Position numbers and translations under genes: made by a program | Shown here: piece by piece, positions 46,197-54,762 of the stretch | Position numbering within the stretch: position 1 is the first letter of the stretch | Layout of the letters: every line of letters begins with the position of its first letter | DNA from: Candidatus Woesebacteria bacterium | Lineage (GTDB): Bacteria; Patescibacteriota; Microgenomatia; UBA1400; UBA12108 | Length of the DNA: 64,000 nt | Assembly (NCBI GenBank): GCA_018060845.1 | Contig: JAGOVG010000005.1 | Location: 2,530-66,529, forward strand | Direction: 5' to 3' | The notes under the pieces: model-generated | The model's input: the letters and a program-made list of their open reading frames with translations, nothing else | Database searches by the model: none | What the model was told of the DNA's origin: nothing

Positions 46197-46763
46197 TTAC
46201 CATGATCTAGTTGATAGCTTTGGCGCAAAATGACCTTGAAGATCAAAATTCAAGTCTCCATGTATCTTCGGGTCGTACTCCTGCCATTTTCCTTTCACCA
46301 TTACCCTATACTCATACCACTCTGCCCCATCTGGCTCTGTATGCAGCGTTACTCTTTTATCTGTATGCTGAATTATCGCACCCCTCCTTCGACTACCCTT
46401 AAATCCATTTCTCATATATCCATCAACAATCGGGAAATAATCGCGCTCATCATCTGGATTATCTAATCGTTTCCCTTGAGACACAGTAAGAAATTCCAAA
46501 GCATCCTTGGCTCCATGATAATATTCTTCGATTTCACGATTAGTCAAGTCACATGGCTCTTTTCCTAACTCACCAATCATATATATGCCTACAATAGTGC
46601 TTAATGTATGCGCTGTTCTCGCCGCCATGAGTTCAATCAACTGACCAGGATTAGAGTTTCTATCGACAACTTTAATAATTTTCCCCAGTAAATCTAGATT
46701 TGCGTATCCACGACTATCTAGTATTCTATAAAGCTGAAGTTCAGTTTGTGTACCCATACACAC
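46197..46763 (-). CDS. Hypothetical protein (188 aa). Divergent partner of wHTH paralog A. RBS AGGAGG.
   Basis: ORF. Its ~45-nt leader is nearly identical to that of gene 50269..50898. Confidence 0.4.
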   Translation of the reverse strand: MCMGTQTELQLYRILDSRGYANLDLLGKIIKVVDRNSNPGQLIELMAARTAHTLSTIVGIYMIGELGKEPCDLTNREIEEYYHGAKDALEFLTVSQGKRLDNPDDERDYFPIVDGYMRNGFKGSRRRGAIIQHTDKRVTLHTEPDGAEWYEYRVMVKGKWQEYDPKIHGDLNFDLQGHFAPKLSTRSW

Positions 46764-46861
46764 CTCCTATGTTTTGTTTAACCCCATAATATTGACAGAT
46801 CCTGGTATAATTGCTTGATTAGTTAGTTGACACTAATATGTCAACTTGACAGAGTATCGTT
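46764..46861. promoter_or_regulatory. Divergent intergenic control region. It holds the conserved leader (CATACACACCTCCTATGTTTTGTTTAACCCCATAATATTGACAGATC), TTGACA-type repeats, and the 7-bp inverted repeat GTTGACA-ctaata-TGTCAAC.
   Basis: Near-identical ~45-nt block also at 50896..50940. The palindrome was read directly from the sequence. Confidence 0.5.
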
Positions 46862-47947
46862 ATGAACAGTTATAGTCAAATGCCAATCAACTACCTCGAA
46901 CCTCAGTATTCAACCTGGGGCAGATATCTCTCATCGCATCAAACATGTAACATATTTTTTCTTAAGAACACAGGTATCATCCCGCGTATACTCCAGTTTG
47001 TTGACTATTACCATGGTGTTGAAAAAATAAAACCAGTTGTCCTCGATCTAGAAGCACTCAATGCTACTGACCCTCATAATCTCCTGACTGTATTATCCGA
47101 GGCTGGAAGCAAACCAACCATAATAATAGCCAGAGACCTATTCCTTCAGCCAGGTGCTAGCCGACTCGAGAAGGTTCTGGAACAATACTATGTCTCATCA
47201 ACTAGTGGTCTATTAATCGTTCATGAATGCGCACCACACGAACTTTATAACAACTATGAGCGAGCATCATGTCTCTATGTACACCCTCAATTATTCAAGC
47301 TACCCTCAGAAAAGTCAGTGTTAACAGAATACATTAAGAGTACATCTAGATTATGGAAACTGACCTTAACTCCGGCAATAATAGATGAAATTATTGCCTA
47401 CTCAGGCAATATCCCTTGGTTACTCAACGAAAGCATAAGACTCTGCAGCGAAAACCCAAACCTCAAATTTATTGAAATATGCAAACTCCCGAGTCTGAGC
47501 AGCAGAGTAATGTCGTTCTATTCGACCCTCCCCAAGATCTACAAAATACAGCTAAATAGTAAAATGGATCAAGTGGCAAAAGACGAATTAATCGGTTTTG
47601 GACTCATGCAAAGCGACCATCTAATTGGTGAACATTTAAACGAATCTACACATAACTACAAAAAAGAAAAGTTAACAACCACTCCAACCCAGATCCTTCT
47701 TAACTCTATCGACATCTCTGCCTTTTTCTCAAACAGTGAATTGCGACTCATCAACTTACTAAATACTACATCTAAAGAAACTCTAACACGTGATGAAGTG
47801 GCAAATACATTTTATAATACAGACGAGTCATACAGCGACTGGGCCCTATCTCAGATGATCACTAGACTTAGGGCTAAAATAAACAAGCACGAGATACCCT
47901 TAACTATCACGACCAAAAGAGGTATAGGATATGGGATCTCCCGCTGA
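46862..47947 (+). CDS. Standalone regulator with a C-terminal OmpR/PhoB-type winged-helix domain (paralog A; its N-terminal domain diverges from B and C)
   Basis: C-terminal ETLTRDEVANTFY...SQMITRLRAKINK...TKRGIGYGI matches the trans_reg_C pattern. Confidence 0.5.
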   Translation: MNSYSQMPINYLEPQYSTWGRYLSSHQTCNIFFLKNTGIIPRILQFVDYYHGVEKIKPVVLDLEALNATDPHNLLTVLSEAGSKPTIIIARDLFLQPGASRLEKVLEQYYVSSTSGLLIVHECAPHELYNNYERASCLYVHPQLFKLPSEKSVLTEYIKSTSRLWKLTLTPAIIDEIIAYSGNIPWLLNESIRLCSENPNLKFIEICKLPSLSSRVMSFYSTLPKIYKIQLNSKMDQVAKDELIGFGLMQSDHLIGEHLNESTHNYKKEKLTTTPTQILLNSIDISAFFSNSELRLINLLNTTSKETLTRDEVANTFYNTDESYSDWALSQMITRLRAKINKHEIPLTITTKRGIGYGISR

Positions 47948-49319
47948 GCAGTTTTTACCATTATCAGTAGTCGCGAGTATTACTGGAATCTGGCCACAAC
48001 CACTCCATGAACCAGGTGTAGTATCGATTCTAAAAGAATATCCAAAAGGTGCTGTTGGCATCGGCTTGAATGCTACGAGAAGTACTCTCATCGAAAGCAC
48101 TTCAGTATCAGGTAGTTGCGCTGTTCCCGATGGGCATTATCAGGGAGAACAATCAGGATTAACACGGGCACTCTCTCCGGTTTTTACCAACCGCCAAGTT
48201 AACGTTAGAGCTGGAAAATCCGATGACGCTGCCCTACTCCCACCCGAGGCAACTAATACTTTTTCCCATGCCTCAAATCTAGATTTGATTGAAGATGATA
48301 GTCCCGACGCCACAGCCTGGAAACAAACTCTTAACTTTCAGTCTGGACCTAACATAGATATTGTCGAAAAATCTAAATTTCGTAATCTGGAATCAGTCAA
48401 TGCAATCCTCTTTGCTATCTACCCAGCCTACACCTACCTTAACTCACTAGACAGAGATGGATATTACAGTCTTTTTCGCCACGAAGGACGTATCACAATT
48501 TTAAGGTATCACAATTTTAATAATAGAACTCATGGAGGAACCAACTTTATAGCTATTCCTAATGGCAGAGACGAGTATAACGAGCGTAGTATCGGCCGCG
48601 TACACCAAACGCGAGCATTAGCCCACAACTCAAATGGTGAACCAGGTTTTTTCACAGATCCTCGATTTTATGATGAACCTAGCCGGCTACTCATAGACTC
48701 ACAAGACCCTAGCATTCGCCTCAAATGGCTTGCTCAAGAACTACGTACCCAAACACGAAAACCCTCTCATCATGTCGACTTTGGTAGTCACCACCTCGAA
48801 ACACTGAGGTATTCAACAGATAAAATTAACCCTAACGACGCTTCTCGCATTACAGCAGAAGTTTTTAACGCACTGTTTGAGAATTACGACTTCACAGCGG
48901 GTCAACTCAAGTCTCTCGGTCTTTGGGGAACAGTATTTGCTCAAAATAATGCTAGAGAGGTCAAGCAAAGCCTAGAACGTGCTGAAGCGACTTACTTTAG
49001 AGACAACGCTTCTCACGGAGGAGTATTTAGTAAGCTCAGCAGCCATCTATTTGCCGAGCTTATGGCTATCGCCCTGCCAATCCCTCTAAGTCAATTTATC
49101 ACCCGCCCAACCAAAAGCGATCGAGTTATCGCAACTTCGTACATTGGTCATCATAGTCCACGTTCTCTCTGGGCAGATCGACAGCTTACCATGGCAAAAA
49201 ACGCATTAGAAAAAACCAAACGTATCGCTAAATCACGTGGAGACGAAAACACAGTTAAGATGTTGGAGCACGATATTCACTACTTCAGCAATGAAATCTC
49301 AAAATCTAGCTGGGATTAA
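47931..49319 (+). CDS. Hypothetical protein (462 aa), likely co-transcribed with wHTH paralog A (17-nt overlap)
   Basis: ORF only. Confidence 0.4.
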   Translation: MGSPAEQFLPLSVVASITGIWPQPLHEPGVVSILKEYPKGAVGIGLNATRSTLIESTSVSGSCAVPDGHYQGEQSGLTRALSPVFTNRQVNVRAGKSDDAALLPPEATNTFSHASNLDLIEDDSPDATAWKQTLNFQSGPNIDIVEKSKFRNLESVNAILFAIYPAYTYLNSLDRDGYYSLFRHEGRITILRYHNFNNRTHGGTNFIAIPNGRDEYNERSIGRVHQTRALAHNSNGEPGFFTDPRFYDEPSRLLIDSQDPSIRLKWLAQELRTQTRKPSHHVDFGSHHLETLRYSTDKINPNDASRITAEVFNALFENYDFTAGQLKSLGLWGTVFAQNNAREVKQSLERAEATYFRDNASHGGVFSKLSSHLFAELMAIALPIPLSQFITRPTKSDRVIATSYIGHHSPRSLWADRQLTMAKNALEKTKRIAKSRGDENTVKMLEHDIHYFSNEISKSSWD

Positions 49320-49540
49320 CCTTCTTTTTGCGTACTTCTCTGCATAGCTTCAGCCTCTCCTGCACCCTGATAAAACTTTTCAAATAAGTCTTTCCAATCT
49401 TTAAATCTTGTTTTTTGATACGAAGAGCCATCTAGAGTGCCTGGGGGAAAGTTGTATTTCTTTTCCCACAACCTCTTGGCTTCTTCACTCATTCCCTCAA
49501 CCTCTTGTAAAGCATCAGTAGCAGCACTCATTCTACTCAT
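49316..49540 (-). CDS. Hypothetical small protein
   Basis: ORF only. Confidence 0.25.
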   Translation of the reverse strand: MSRMSAATDALQEVEGMSEEAKRLWEKKYNFPPGTLDGSSYQKTRFKDWKDLFEKFYQGAGEAEAMQRSTQKEG

Positions 49541-49635
49541 ATCTATATATTATCAAATTATCGCTCGTCAACTTGACACCCATAGTCAGCTAAGAGGTCA
49601 AGCGAAGTTTGTGAAGCAGGTTTAATATACAGAAC

Positions 49636-49893
49636 ATGGCCATAGGTGAAAAAGATGTCTTATACGATCCACAAGACTTAAAGGAGCAGATCATTGCTGC
49701 ACTAACCCCTGCTCAACTGGCACGTATCGAAGAGTACAGTAACATGGCTGAAGTCGCAGGAGTTACAGTCAAAGCAGAATATGGCCCACCCGCACAAATC
49801 TATATAACAAATAGTCTCCGTCAAGGAGCCACAACACCATTACCCAAGGGTAGCGAGCTAGCCCAAATCTTACAGAATAGAACAAGAACCTAG
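49636..49893 (+). CDS. Hypothetical protein (85 aa)
   Basis: ORF only. Confidence 0.3.
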   Translation: MAIGEKDVLYDPQDLKEQIIAALTPAQLARIEEYSNMAEVAGVTVKAEYGPPAQIYITNSLRQGATTPLPKGSELAQILQNRTRT

Positions 49894-49898
49894 GAATA

Positions 49899-50243
49899 AT
49901 GATAAATATCGCTCACTTTGACAATGATCCACTTGTGTTCAGAAACACCGAAAAATTTCTTAAGCCTGCTGGTATAAATATTGTTAGAAAGGTGGAGTCT
50001 CTCAAGGATGCTCGAGTAATTATCCCTACTTTATTTGATCTTGGGGTCATCCTAGCTCTAATCGATGGCGATATCGGTGGAGAAGAGATTGCCAGACTCC
50101 TCGCTCAGGTTTGCCCATCAATCATCCGCGTAGGTTACACAGCTGAAGCTCGTTTTGATAACTTGCATGAGTACATTTTCAAAACCACTCCACCAGATGA
50201 GTTTGTTAGGTTAGTTAAATTGTATACAGCTCAAACAACATAA
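49899..50243 (+). CDS. Single-domain CheY-like receiver protein (orphan response-regulator receiver domain)
   Basis: Acidic pair FDND near the N-terminus. Candidate phospho-acceptor Asp in LALIDGDIGG. Conserved T (VGYTAE) and K (IFKTTPP) in the expected order and spacing. Confidence 0.45.
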   Translation: MINIAHFDNDPLVFRNTEKFLKPAGINIVRKVESLKDARVIIPTLFDLGVILALIDGDIGGEEIARLLAQVCPSIIRVGYTAEARFDNLHEYIFKTTPPDEFVRLVKLYTAQTT

Positions 50244-50268
50244 TACACGGCTGTACTACATAATCGAT

Positions 50269-50898
50269 CTAATATCTAAAAGCGTCCCAAAGATGAGGTG
50301 CTTCACCGTTAGCAAATGAGGTAATCCCATTCTGTATATAACGTTTACTAACTTCATCTATGTCATCAAAGGAAACACCAACTGGTCTTACATCGCTAAG
50401 TATTGAATTAATAGAGCGCAGCAATGTGTGTGGAAACCAATATATCTTATTATCTAATCCGCCGTAGACAAATTCTATTTCATTTCGATATTCGATACAG
50501 TCAAATATAGGACTAGGCCACTCAGAAATATCTATGGGCACACGATATGGCCCACCCCAGAGTGTTCCACTCCCGTGCTTCTTGATATATACCCCCCTAT
50601 CCTTCGCACTGCCATTACAGGTTTTTGAGACCACGCTCACTGCTCGCTGCAGATCCCCTCGGTATTGCAGTATATGCTCACCGTACATGGCTCTGTTTGC
50701 ATCTGGTATTAGTGAAGCCTGATCAAACGCGAGTTGATACAACGCAATCGAAGTCCACCAAGATCTATATCCATCATCGCCATTTGCAGCATTATGCCAT
50801 TCTACTAGTTCTGGGCGTACTAACCTGCCACTACCATCAAGCATGTGCTTACTAATCAATTTAAACGCATCCTTCCAAGTTTCTCTTTGGCCTATCAT
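50269..50898 (-). CDS. Hypothetical protein (209 aa). Divergent partner of wHTH paralog B. RBS AGGAG.
   Basis: ORF. The leader is conserved with that of 46197..46763. Confidence 0.4.
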   Translation of the reverse strand: MIGQRETWKDAFKLISKHMLDGSGRLVRPELVEWHNAANGDDGYRSWWTSIALYQLAFDQASLIPDANRAMYGEHILQYRGDLQRAVSVVSKTCNGSAKDRGVYIKKHGSGTLWGGPYRVPIDISEWPSPIFDCIEYRNEIEFVYGGLDNKIYWFPHTLLRSINSILSDVRPVGVSFDDIDEVSKRYIQNGITSFANGEAPHLWDAFRY

Positions 50899-50965
50899 AC
50901 ATATCTCCTAAGTTCATTTAACCCCATAATCTTGACACATCTGAGATAATTATCTTGACACTTTT
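50899..50965. promoter_or_regulatory. Divergent intergenic control region, paralogous to 46764..46861 (TTTAACCCCATAATCTTGACACATC). It has two CTTGACAC repeats 24 bp apart and a TGACGTCA palindrome at the start of the + gene.
   Basis: Direct alignment of the two intergenic regions. Confidence 0.5.
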
Positions 50966-52000
50966 ATGACGTCAAAGAACTGGACTATACCAACTATTAA
51001 CTTTACCCACTCTCCAGAGCTGGAGGCTCGGCGTATCCTCTTTGTCGCCGGTAGCCTCGCCCGTGGCTGGTACCAAAAACACAACTTCCTCATCCTCCCC
51101 GAGCTTGCTGCGCGTGCTCCATCCAGCCAGGTCATCCTCCCCAACCTACCCTATACCACAATCCCTCGCTTTTGGGAGAGTGTGGCCAAACTCAAACTCG
51201 TGACTCCACAGCTCGCGCCTGCCCCGCTCATTGCCGCTACCGAGGCATTGTGTAAGCCATTCTACAAACCAGCGCTATATGTTAGTCATTTATCAGAGCT
51301 AGAAAAATCATATAATCAAGTCAAAGATAACTTTTGGAATACTTTATTTACTCTATTTCCCAGCTACTCCTCCAGAGTAAAAGTTATTACTATCATCAGT
51401 TCTCAGTACGGATCGAGCTCCAGCTTTAACTTGGCTACCACAGAATATAGTTCGATCACAATATATCTACGATCTGATACCAAAATCGATAAACTACTCT
51501 GGTCTATCCTTGCCGCAATCTTTCGACCAAAAATGCAAGATGAGCAAAAATATAGCTGGGAAGAGGTCGAGGCCGTAATAGACTGGCTCATGTCCGAGTC
51601 CAGCCTGGCAGCTAAGCTATCACACCCCCACCCAACTCTCACCAATCTGCGAGCCAACCAACTGTCTAAGTATCGCCAGGATAGCGAGGCATATCTCTCT
51701 AGTCTTGGTATCTCTGGCGTGCTACGCCTAGAAAAGCTTAGTAGTAGCTACTCATATGGTGACACCAAGATCTCTGATTTGACTACCAAACAGCAGATCC
51801 TACTCGATCTACTCCTCGTGAGACGCGGTTTAACCGTAAGTTACGACGAAATCGCCGCATCACTTTGGCCCGACGACGAAGATTGGTCTCTGTATGCCAT
51901 AACCAAAGAAGTTCAAAGACTGCGAGACAAAATAAAAAGTTGTGGGATCAACTCTCCACTCATCCACGCACACCGCAAACTCGGCTACTCGATCGCCTAG
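50966..52000 (+). CDS. Standalone regulator with a C-terminal OmpR/PhoB-type winged-helix domain (paralog B)
   Basis: C-terminal LTTKQQILLDLLLVRRGLTVSYDEIAASLW...RLRDKIK...HRKLGYSI. The N-terminal domain aligns with 14383..15417. Confidence 0.55.
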   Translation: MTSKNWTIPTINFTHSPELEARRILFVAGSLARGWYQKHNFLILPELAARAPSSQVILPNLPYTTIPRFWESVAKLKLVTPQLAPAPLIAATEALCKPFYKPALYVSHLSELEKSYNQVKDNFWNTLFTLFPSYSSRVKVITIISSQYGSSSSFNLATTEYSSITIYLRSDTKIDKLLWSILAAIFRPKMQDEQKYSWEEVEAVIDWLMSESSLAAKLSHPHPTLTNLRANQLSKYRQDSEAYLSSLGISGVLRLEKLSSSYSYGDTKISDLTTKQQILLDLLLVRRGLTVSYDEIAASLWPDDEDWSLYAITKEVQRLRDKIKSCGINSPLIHAHRKLGYSIA

Positions 52001-52022
52001 AACAACCTATTACTTATCCACA

Positions 52023-52060
52023 CCTGCCCGCAGTGCTATAGCACAGCTATTGCAGGCGGG
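52023..52060. repeat. Family R2 small hairpin repeat, copy C (cctgcccgcagtgctatagcacagctattgcaggcggg). The inner stem carries a compensatory G-C pair where copies A and B have A-T.
   Basis: Alignment with the copies at 21714 and 62528. Confidence 0.5.
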
Positions 52061-52290
52061 TTCCCCCATTTATCCATACCACTACTGGTAGTGCCGCGCC
52101 CCTAACGAAGCCATAGGCGGAGTGGGGTCCTAGGTCGCACAATACATCTATATCAATCTATTCATTTATAACTACTAGAACATCTTCATAGATCTATACA
52201 TATCATATACATAGTCAAATGATATCCTATTGACACTCACCCATACAATTGCTAATATCAACACATAACCTGTAATGAGCTCGCCGAATT

Positions 52291-52497
52291 ATGAACAACT
52301 CAGTCGATCTAAAAAATCTCCCCGACCTACTCACAGTTAGAGAAGTAGCTGACCTCCTCCGTGTCTCTCCCCTCACCCTCAAACGCTGGGGCAAACGCGG
52401 CAAGCTCCCTGCTATTCGCATCAACTCGCGCGGTGACCGCAGGTACAAAAAAGAACAGGTTCAATGGCTACTTGGAATTAATCCAGATCAAGCTTAA
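52291..52497 (+). CDS. Small excisionase/MerR-type HTH (HTH_17-like) DNA-binding protein
   Basis: LLTVREVADLLRVSPLTLKRWGKRGKLPAIRINSRGDRRYKKEQV pattern. The 4-nt stop overlaps the convergent dus gene. Confidence 0.5.
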   Translation: MNNSVDLKNLPDLLTVREVADLLRVSPLTLKRWGKRGKLPAIRINSRGDRRYKKEQVQWLLGINPDQA

Positions 52498-53585
52498 TTA
52501 CTTAAAGATTTCTCAACTAGCTCCCTCACTTCATCTGCATTTTTAGTCTTCATCAAAGACATTCGTAGTTCTACTGCCCCAGGGAATCCGTGTGCATACC
52601 ACGCTAGGTGCTTGCGTAGTGGCAGGAACCAGCGAATATCATCGTCACTAGCGGTCTCTGGTTTAAACACTTGCTCATACACATAAGCATGCTCGACCGC
52701 CCACGCTAAACGCTGTTTATAGTCTGGCTCATCTATTCCCTGAAAAATTTGTGGATTACCCTCCGCTGCTCTCCCAATCAATACTCCATCCACTCCATAT
52801 CTTTCAACTTTTAACTTGGCACTTTCAACTGACTCTACATCACCATTGCCTAGGAGTCTTAGCCCAGCTTTATGTACTATCTCGGCTGCTCTCCCTATCG
52901 TCTCCCAGTCTGCACTACCTTGATATAGCTGCTTGAGAGTCCGTCCATGCAAGCTAATATTGGCAGGTCGTACCTCACATATCGCCGCCATCCACTCATC
53001 CATCTCGCTCGCGCTACTAACCCCTATCCTAGTCTTCAAGGAGACTGGTAGCTTGGTCGCTGCCTTAGTAGCCAGGACTATCTCTTGCGCGAGCTTGGGT
53101 GTCTTAATCAGTGCTGCGCCACACCCATTCTCTGACACATTCTTAGCTGGGCAGCCCATATTGATATCTACTCCATCAAATCCTAGGCTCTCAATAAGCC
53201 GTGCCGCCTCTACAAAAAAATCAGGTTTATTGCCAAAGACTTGAGCAACTTCGTATGGATATGTTTCGTTAATCCGTAAACCTGCCTGCGCAGGCAGGTC
53301 CGTAAATCCGTTTTCCCGTTCTATTTTATTCCGGCTATACGGGTCTACGGCTATACGGCTAGACGACAGTAGGTCTCTAGCCTTAATAAACTCCTTAAGC
53401 ATCCTCTCCCTCTTAACCCCCTCGGCAAAATGGAGACCGTCCACACTTACAAACTCAGTAAAGATTACACCAGGCCGCCCGTACTTGGCGACCATATAGC
53501 GAAACGGGCCGTCAGTCACCCCATCCATGGGACTCATCCCAATGACTGACTGTTCGCGACCGTATAAAACATCCCAAAATGACAT
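52494..53585 (-). CDS. dus: tRNA-dihydrouridine synthase (DusB family)
   Basis: MSPMDGVTDGPFR N-terminal FMN-binding TIM-barrel signature. Catalytic Cys region. Confidence 0.85.
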   Translation of the reverse strand: MSFWDVLYGREQSVIGMSPMDGVTDGPFRYMVAKYGRPGVIFTEFVSVDGLHFAEGVKRERMLKEFIKARDLLSSSRIAVDPYSRNKIERENGFTDLPAQAGLRINETYPYEVAQVFGNKPDFFVEAARLIESLGFDGVDINMGCPAKNVSENGCGAALIKTPKLAQEIVLATKAATKLPVSLKTRIGVSSASEMDEWMAAICEVRPANISLHGRTLKQLYQGSADWETIGRAAEIVHKAGLRLLGNGDVESVESAKLKVERYGVDGVLIGRAAEGNPQIFQGIDEPDYKQRLAWAVEHAYVYEQVFKPETASDDDIRWFLPLRKHLAWYAHGFPGAVELRMSLMKTKNADEVRELVEKSLSN

Positions 53586-53608
53586 ATACTTTATTATAAA
53601 CTAGTATA

Positions 53609-54412
53609 TCAAAATATTCTCTTTAACCTCACTAAAAGAACGATAAATCCAAAATGTGCTACCCGTATTATCCTAGGCAAGCGCATGGGCTGCGCAACCA
53701 GTCGCCATAACCACTTAAACCCCAAGTTATCAATCCATTCTGGGCACTGCCTAACTAGACCTGCCCACTCGTCAAACACTCCCCCTACCCCCATCGCAAC
53801 ACGAGCTCGCAGGTACGGTCGGTTGTCTTCTATCCAGATATCTTGCCAGGGTGAACCGTAGGCCACGAGTAGATAATCTGGCTCAAATGCATTAATCCGG
53901 GCTATTGTCATGCTCGCTTCTTCATTTTTCTCTACTTTTACTGTCTGGGCGCCGCTATACCAAGCGATCTGGAGTTGAGGGTAAATTTTGCTCAAATTGG
54001 CAGCTGCTTGCTCAGCCACTCCCATCCCTCCCCCCAACAAAAAGACTTTTTCACCTTTTTCTGCCGCATGAGCAACTATTTGCTCCGATAACCAGGTCCC
54101 ACTGATCCGATCCACTTGTAACTTGCTACTTTCACATTGCAACTTACTGGCCCACACTATCCCCCATCCATCTGCGACAGTTAGGCACTGTTTTAGGCTC
54201 TGACTAAAGCGTTTATTGGTTCTTGCCTCCATTACAAACTCAGGGTTAACAGTTGCAATATGCAGCATTTCCTTCCTCTGGAGCCATATTTTCTTTAGCA
54301 CTCCACTTTTTTGAGTGCCAGATATAACCACATTCATTATTTCTACGGGTATATCAATCTTTTTTGGTACTTTATTGCTAGATATTTTTGCTTTTTTAAT
54401 CACTTTTTTCAT
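53609..54412 (-). CDS. WecB/TagA/CpsF-family (GT26) glycosyltransferase
   Basis: IATVNPEFVMEA...KVFLLGG...AWYSG pattern of GT26. Confidence 0.7.
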   Translation of the reverse strand: MKKVIKKAKISSNKVPKKIDIPVEIMNVVISGTQKSGVLKKIWLQRKEMLHIATVNPEFVMEARTNKRFSQSLKQCLTVADGWGIVWASKLQCESSKLQVDRISGTWLSEQIVAHAAEKGEKVFLLGGGMGVAEQAAANLSKIYPQLQIAWYSGAQTVKVEKNEEASMTIARINAFEPDYLLVAYGSPWQDIWIEDNRPYLRARVAMGVGGVFDEWAGLVRQCPEWIDNLGFKWLWRLVAQPMRLPRIIRVAHFGFIVLLVRLKRIF

Positions 54413-54762
54413 ATCTATCTACTTTCTAGGCTCACTACTCTGATGTTCATCATACTCAAATGAGCATAATTATGCAAAAATCAGGTATTTTCTTGTTTCC
54501 GATATAGCCCTATATTAAATAGAGAGGTAGTTAACTTACTAGCTAAACATCATGACCATAATAGATATACTACAAGACTAAATAATACTATTTCATACTA
54601 GTCAAAAAGACTTATTTGATCACATATTATAAACATTTATTGACCTGAAATATGTAAATTATACTAATAATTAATGATTTGATTGCTTAACAACTATGAC
54701 ACATCCCCCACTACTCTATATATTAATATAAAAAGAAAATATTATTACTAATTTATGGATGA

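Noticed and set aside
46791-46851. TTGACA elements in the wHTH intergenic regions read as simple sigma70 -35 boxes
   Set aside because: The nearest -10-like hexamers are only ~8 nt away (ttgaca-gatcctgg-tataat), far from the 17±1 spacing. They are therefore listed as candidate operator repeats instead.
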